Made by a program: the position numbers and the translations under genes. The notes under the pieces are model-generated. The model saw nothing but the letters and a program-made list of their open reading frames with translations. It was not told the DNA's origin and searched no databases. This document shows positions 40,855-45,830 of a stretch of DNA of 45,830 bases, one piece after another. Where the stretch lies: contig NC_068992.1 of the NCBI RefSeq assembly GCF_001194135.2, positions 37,898,097 through 37,943,926 on the forward strand, written 5' to 3'. Origin of the DNA: Octopus bimaculoides (lineage: Eukaryota). How positions within the stretch are numbered: position 1 is the first letter of the stretch; the number at the start of each line of letters is the position of its first letter.

Positions 40855-43579
40855 GGAAAGCCTCTGGCCTATCAGGAACAACCACTGGGATGCTTAAAAT
40901 ATCTGGTGGAGTAGGATATAGCCTAGTCACCCGTATAGTTAATCAGGTTGTCCATGAGGGAGTCATACCCAATGATTGGTGTAGCAGCATTATAGTCAAC
41001 TACTACAAAGGAGATGCCTTAGACAGAAATAATTACAGAGGCATCAAGTTGCTGGACCAGGTGATGAAAGTTACAGAAAGGGTCATAGCTCAATCAATTA
41101 GGGAGAGAGTTAGTGTAGATGAGATGCAGGTTGAATCTGTGCAAGGCAGGAGCACAACTGATACTATATACCTGGTTAGGCAACTACAGGAGAAATACCT
41201 AGTCAAAATTAAACCTCTGTACCTAGCTTTTGTCGACATGGAGAAAGCCTTTGCTTGTTCCCTTATCTGGTGGTCAAAGCAGAAGCTAGGGACAGATGAG
41301 TGGTTAGTGAGAGCAGTACAAGCCATGTACAGGGATGCTGTCAGCAAGGTGAAGATTAACAATGAAATCAGGATACAAGTAGGGGTTCGGCCCTCTCTTG
41401 TTCATCATAGTCCTCCAGGCAATAACAGAGGAATTTAAAACAGGCTGCCCCTGGGAGCTTCTTTATGCTGATCATATTGCTTTTATAGCTGAATCACTAC
41501 TGGGACTGGAGAAGAAATTTTGAGTGTGGAAGCAAGGTCTAGAATCGAAGGGCCTTAGAGTTAATCTAGCAAAAACTAAAGTCTAAGTAAGTAGGAAAGT
41601 AGATAATTCACAAATCTCTTCAGGTACATGGCCCTGCTCAATCTGTAGAAAAGGTGTAGGTAGAAACTCCATAAAATATACCTGGTGTAAGCTATGGACA
41701 TATAAGGAGGTGTAGCAATATCAGAGGAAGGTCAACAGGGAAACTAGTGCACAGGTACAATTAACACTAAAAACGTACAGAAAATAGACTCCATCAAATG
41801 CCAGTGAGGAAAGCGAGAGGTAGTTGATAGCTACTGTTATCTAGGTTACCAAGTCAGCAGCGGATGCACCAAGAGCATAGCTACAAGAATAAAAATAGGT
41901 TGGGCAAAGTTCAGAGAGCTCCTACCTCTGTTGGTAACAAAGGGCCTCTCCTTCAGAGGGAAAGGCAGATTGTATGATGCCTGTGTGCAAACAGCAATGC
42001 TGCATGGCAGTGAAACATGGGTTGTAACCACCAAAGACATGTGTAAGCTTGAAAGAAATGAAGCAAGTATGCTTCACTGGATGTGCAATGTCAGTGTGCA
42101 TGTACAACAGAATGTAAGTANNNNNNNNNNNNNNNNNNNNNNNNNNNNNNNNNNNNNNNNNNNNNNNNNNNNNNNNNNNNNNNNNNNNNNNNNNNNNNNN
42201 NNNNNNNNNNNNNNNNNNNNNNNNNNNNNNNNNNNNNNNNNNNNNNNNNNNNNNNNNNNNNNNNNNNNNNNNNNNNNNNNNNNNNNNNNNNNNNNNNNNN
42301 NNNNNNNNNNNNNNNNNNNNNNNNNNNNNNNNNNNNNNNNNNNNNNNNNNNNNNNNNNNNNNNNNNNNNNNNNNNNNNNNNNNNNNNNNNNNNNNNNNNN
42401 NNNNNNNNNNNNNNNNNNNNNNNNNNNNNNNNNNNNNNNNNNNNNNNNNNNNNNNNNNNNNNNNNNNNNNNNNNNNNNNNNNNNNNNNNNNNNNNNNNNN
42501 NNNNNNNNNNNNNNNNNNNNNNNNNNNNNNNNNNNNNNNNNNNNNNNNNNNNNNNNNNNNNNNNNNNNNNNNNNNNNNNNNNNNNNNNNNNNNNNNNNNN
42601 NNNNNNNNNNNNNNTATGCTTCACTGGATGTGCAATGTCAGTGTGCATGTACAACAGAATGTAAGTATCTTGAGAGAAAAGCTGGGCATAAAAGGCATCA
42701 AATGTGGTGTGCAAGAGAGATGACTGCACTGGTATGTTTATGTGATGCATATAGATGTGGACAGCTGTTTGAAGAAGTGTCAATCTCTAATAGTGGAGGG
42801 AAGCTGTGGATGTGGTAGACCAAGGAAGACATGGGATGAGGTGGTGAAACATGATCTTTGGACTTCGGGCCTTGCAAAGGCAATGACTGGTGACTGAGAC
42901 CTTTGGCTATACACCATGCTTGAGAAGGTCAATCAAGCCAAGTGGAATCACAACTGTGGCTCCTGTTGGTGTCACATAACTGGCAGCTGTGCCGGTGACA
43001 TGTAAAAAGCACCCTTTGAGTGTTGGACCTCATGGAGGTAATGTGGCTGATAGCAATGTCGCATAACTAACACCTGTGCCGGTGGGATGTAAAAAGCACC
43101 TTTCAAGCGTTGGGCCTCATGAGAGCAATGACAAATGTCCAAGACCTTTGGCAATATGCTGTGCTTGAGAAGATGACCTATCAAGCCAAATGAAATTCTA
43201 GTCGTGGCAGATACTGGTGTCACACAACTGGTAACCATGCCAGTGGCACACAAAAGCACCCATTATACTCTAGGAGTGTTCAGCATTAGGAAGGGCATCC
43301 AACCATAGGAACCATGCCTGATGAAACTGGAGTCTGGTGCAACCCCTCAGTTTACTAGCCCTGGTCATACCATCCAACTCATGCCAGCATGGACAACATA
43401 CTTTAAATGATGATGGTGATTTCATTGTCTGTTTACATCTGACATCTTGGATACAAAACATCATAACAAAAATCAGTGCTGGCTATAATTTCTATAGAAT
43501 ATCTGTAGAGATAACCTTAACAAGTGATGTAAAGAGCACTGTTAATACAGTATATAATATACTTTATAGTATATTATAG

Positions 43580-43856
43580 TTATTGGCAATATACTGTGCT
43601 TGTGAAGACCTGTCAAACCAAGTGAGATCGTAGTTGTGACTGATGCTGTTATCACATCAATGGCACCCATGCCAGTGGCACATAGAAAGCACCCACTACA
43701 CTCTTGGAGTGGCAGGCATTAGGAAGGGCATCCAGTTGTAGAAACCATGCCAAATCAGATTGGAACCTGGTGCAGCTACCTGGCTTATCAGTTTTTGATC
43801 AAATTGTTCAACCCATACCAGCATGGAAAGCAGATGTTAAATGATGATGATGATGA
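43580..43856 (+). mobile_element. RTE 3'UTR/tail
   Basis: ...attaggaagggcatccagttgtagaaacc...cagcatggaaagcagatgttaaat(gat)4. Confidence 0.85.
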
Positions 43857-44492
43857 CTGCATAATGAAATATCATGTCCCTACAAGTCATTAATATGTAT
43901 CTTAATTGTTAGGCTTTCATATACTTCAGCAATGATGAACTACAAAGTACAAGTCTTATCCACTATAGAGTACAGATCATATTTTATGAGATGATCCTGT
44001 ATATACACACAAACATTCTTGATTGATTGGTAAAGATTCGTTCAGGAAAATGTGACTAACACTACCTTTGAGCTCTGCTGCCACTTCTATCACTAACAGT
44101 TTCTGTTGATAAGCAGCATAACACTAGTACCTATGCCAAACTAACCATCACACTTCTCTTCCAAATCCTTACTTAGCCTTTTACTCAAACCTGACACTAA
44201 ACACACTGCATAATTATCTCTCTCTACTAGCACTAACCTATGTAAGTTCAAAATGAACACCAATAGCACTGATCTCACCTCGCCTGGAAAAAAGGTCATG
44301 CATTGTGCTCTTCTCATCCTTTTGGAATAAATCATAATAAGTTTTATGACATGGTTAGCTTCATTGAGTTGGGCTTCATGAATTCATCAATATATATTCT
44401 ATTCACAAGGAATGATTCAACTACATAAGTATATAAATGTGTATGGAGATGATGTAATTAGATTTATATATCAACGTAAGAAATAATCTTAC

Positions 44493-44592
44493 CTGTGAAA
44501 TCGGAACAGTGTCTACATACAATTATTTGAATATCTGGTTTATTTTGACTGAGGAATGGCAACCAATGCTTCACTGTTTTAAAACTTTCTTC
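44493..44592 (-). CDS. AAGAB: Internal coding exon of alpha/gamma-adaptin-binding protein p34 (100 bp, phase 0 to phase 1)
   Basis: Bounded by tttattttacAG and GTaaga. Translates EESFKTVKHWLPFLSQNKPDIQIIVCRHCSDFT, which matches the recalled human AAGAB segment [32 protein letters not shown]. Splices in frame to the next two exons. Confidence 0.9.
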
Positions 44593-45329
44593 CTGTAAAA
44601 TAAATCATTTTATCGAATTTTTGTAATTAGCGTATAAGTTATGTATATTTCAAACATTACATAGAAACAAATATAAATTTCACTGTCATGAAATGAGTAA
44701 ATATTTCATAGAATTGAAACATGCATAAACAAACATAAATAGATACAAACAGAAACACTCATTTGTACATTTAATCTATAAATGATATGGAGGTTTTTTT
44801 GTTGTTGTTTAAAGTTAGTGTTATCTTTCCATGTTGCATCCTATATTACATTACTAAATTTTTTTTTTTTTGCTTTATTAGTAGCGAGAGAGTAGTTTGT
44901 TGTTTGTTGTTCAACCCTAATCAAACAGAGCTCAAGCATTTACAGTTGGCTAAACAACTACGATGCAGTTTAGTTATTTGGTGTGCAGAAGTGGAATATG
45001 GTGATATATAAGGCTACTATTATTTAATCCCAAGTTACCATCCACTATGGCATTCCATTGATGATCATACAATTTTGTTTTTGTATATCAGATAGTGGCA
45101 TCACTTGGTTGTTATTTTTAGCAGGACTAACAACAACACTGAGGCTGTCTTGTAAAATTGGTGTTTTGGTGTTGTGGAGTATTGAGGTGCAATGGTGTTG
45201 TTCTTGTTTAACCTCAGTTCAGCACTGTTTCCCATCAGTTGCAGGCATAGTATGAGGTTAAGTAAAAAATTGTATGCACTCTTCTTTCTGTAGCCTATTA
45301 AAACAAAACCAGGGGTTGAACAATTACAC

Positions 45330-45537
45330 TATTTTCTGACATAGTCCCCTTGCTTTTTGATGCACTTCTTCCAGCAGTCCTCAAAATTGTTTATTCTACT
45401 GGAGAAGAATTTCGGCTGCTTTGGCAGCTACTAATGCACCGCTTCATTGCCTGTAGCAAATCAATAACCTCATTAAGAGCATTTGAGCAGTCCAAAGAAG
45501 TGACAGTCAGAAGAGGTAATATCTAGACTGTAAGCAG
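45330..45537 (-). mobile_element. Mariner transposase 3' remnant
   Basis: AYSLDITSSDCHFFGLLK resembles PYSPDLAPSDFHLFGPLK. Confidence 0.65.
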
Positions 45538-45550
45538 TATATATATAACG

Positions 45551-45824
45551 TTGCCAGTACCGCTGGACTGGTTCCTGTGCAGGTGGCACGTAAAATACAC
45601 CATTTTGAGCGTGGCTGTTGCCAGTACCTCCTGACTGGCCTTTGTGCCGGTGGCAAGTAAAAGCACCCACAACACTCTCTGAGTGATTGGCGTTAGGAAG
45701 GGCATCCAGCTGTAGAAACTCTGCAAATCAGATTGGAGCCTGGTGTAGCCATCTGGTTCACCAGTCCTCAGTCAAATCGTCCAACCCCTGCTAGCATGGA
45801 AAGCGGACTTTAAACGATGATGAT
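45551..45824 (+). mobile_element. RTE 3'UTR/tail (2 modules)
   Basis: Standard tail ...gctagcatggaaagcggactttaaacgatgatgat. Confidence 0.9.
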
Positions 45825-45830
45825 ATATAT

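Larger units (their letters stand above)
39245..43420 (+). mobile_element. Near full-length decayed RTE LINE with 3'UTR and (GAT)n-like end
   Basis: RVGTVNVGILKGRSG...QEVRWRG, SGDFNGHV, RT 40845-41438, YADH, CSICRKGVG, MLHGSETW; modular 3'UTR 42950-43270; tail to about 43420. Confidence 0.93.

Noticed and set aside
42068-42667. 53-bp direct repeat flanking a ~494-N gap
   Set aside because: Identical overlap, and the LINE frame continues seamlessly, so the gap is probably false.

Overview
Eukaryotic, AT-rich, gap-containing draft sequence. The repeat landscape (RTE LINEs ending in (GAT)n, tRNA-derived SINEs, long (AT)n tracts) looks like an octopus genome; this is inferred from pattern recall, not from a search. 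The only host coding sequence I can support is three small, phase-compatible minus-strand exons of AAGAB (alpha/gamma-adaptin-binding protein p34) at 44493-44592, 30098-30184 and 21028-21105, which the ORF track largely misses. The rest is essentially intron filled with decayed transposons: about 15 RTE-clade LINE copies or tails, one BovB-like RTE 5' half, a near full-length L1/Tx1-like LINE, a complete hAT (13-bp TIR, 8-bp TSD), a complete mariner (TA TSD), SINEs and an LTR-like tandem unit. The most interesting signal is a set of minimal type I hammerhead-ribozyme motifs of the Penelope-like kind. One is near-canonical (11369-11456), one is good (6043-6130), one is decayed and sits inside a tRNA-derived SINE (1299-1344), and one is a weak remnant (39113-39139). 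Each lies next to an inverted partial copy of its own element. Other notable items are a twin-priming-type 5' inversion in an RTE LINE, a 108-bp spacerless palindrome, and a LINE tail (AATAAA plus (ATT)8) that abuts an AAGAB splice acceptor. TE boundaries are approximate unless TIR/TSD-defined. No ribozyme activity, expression or database identity was tested.
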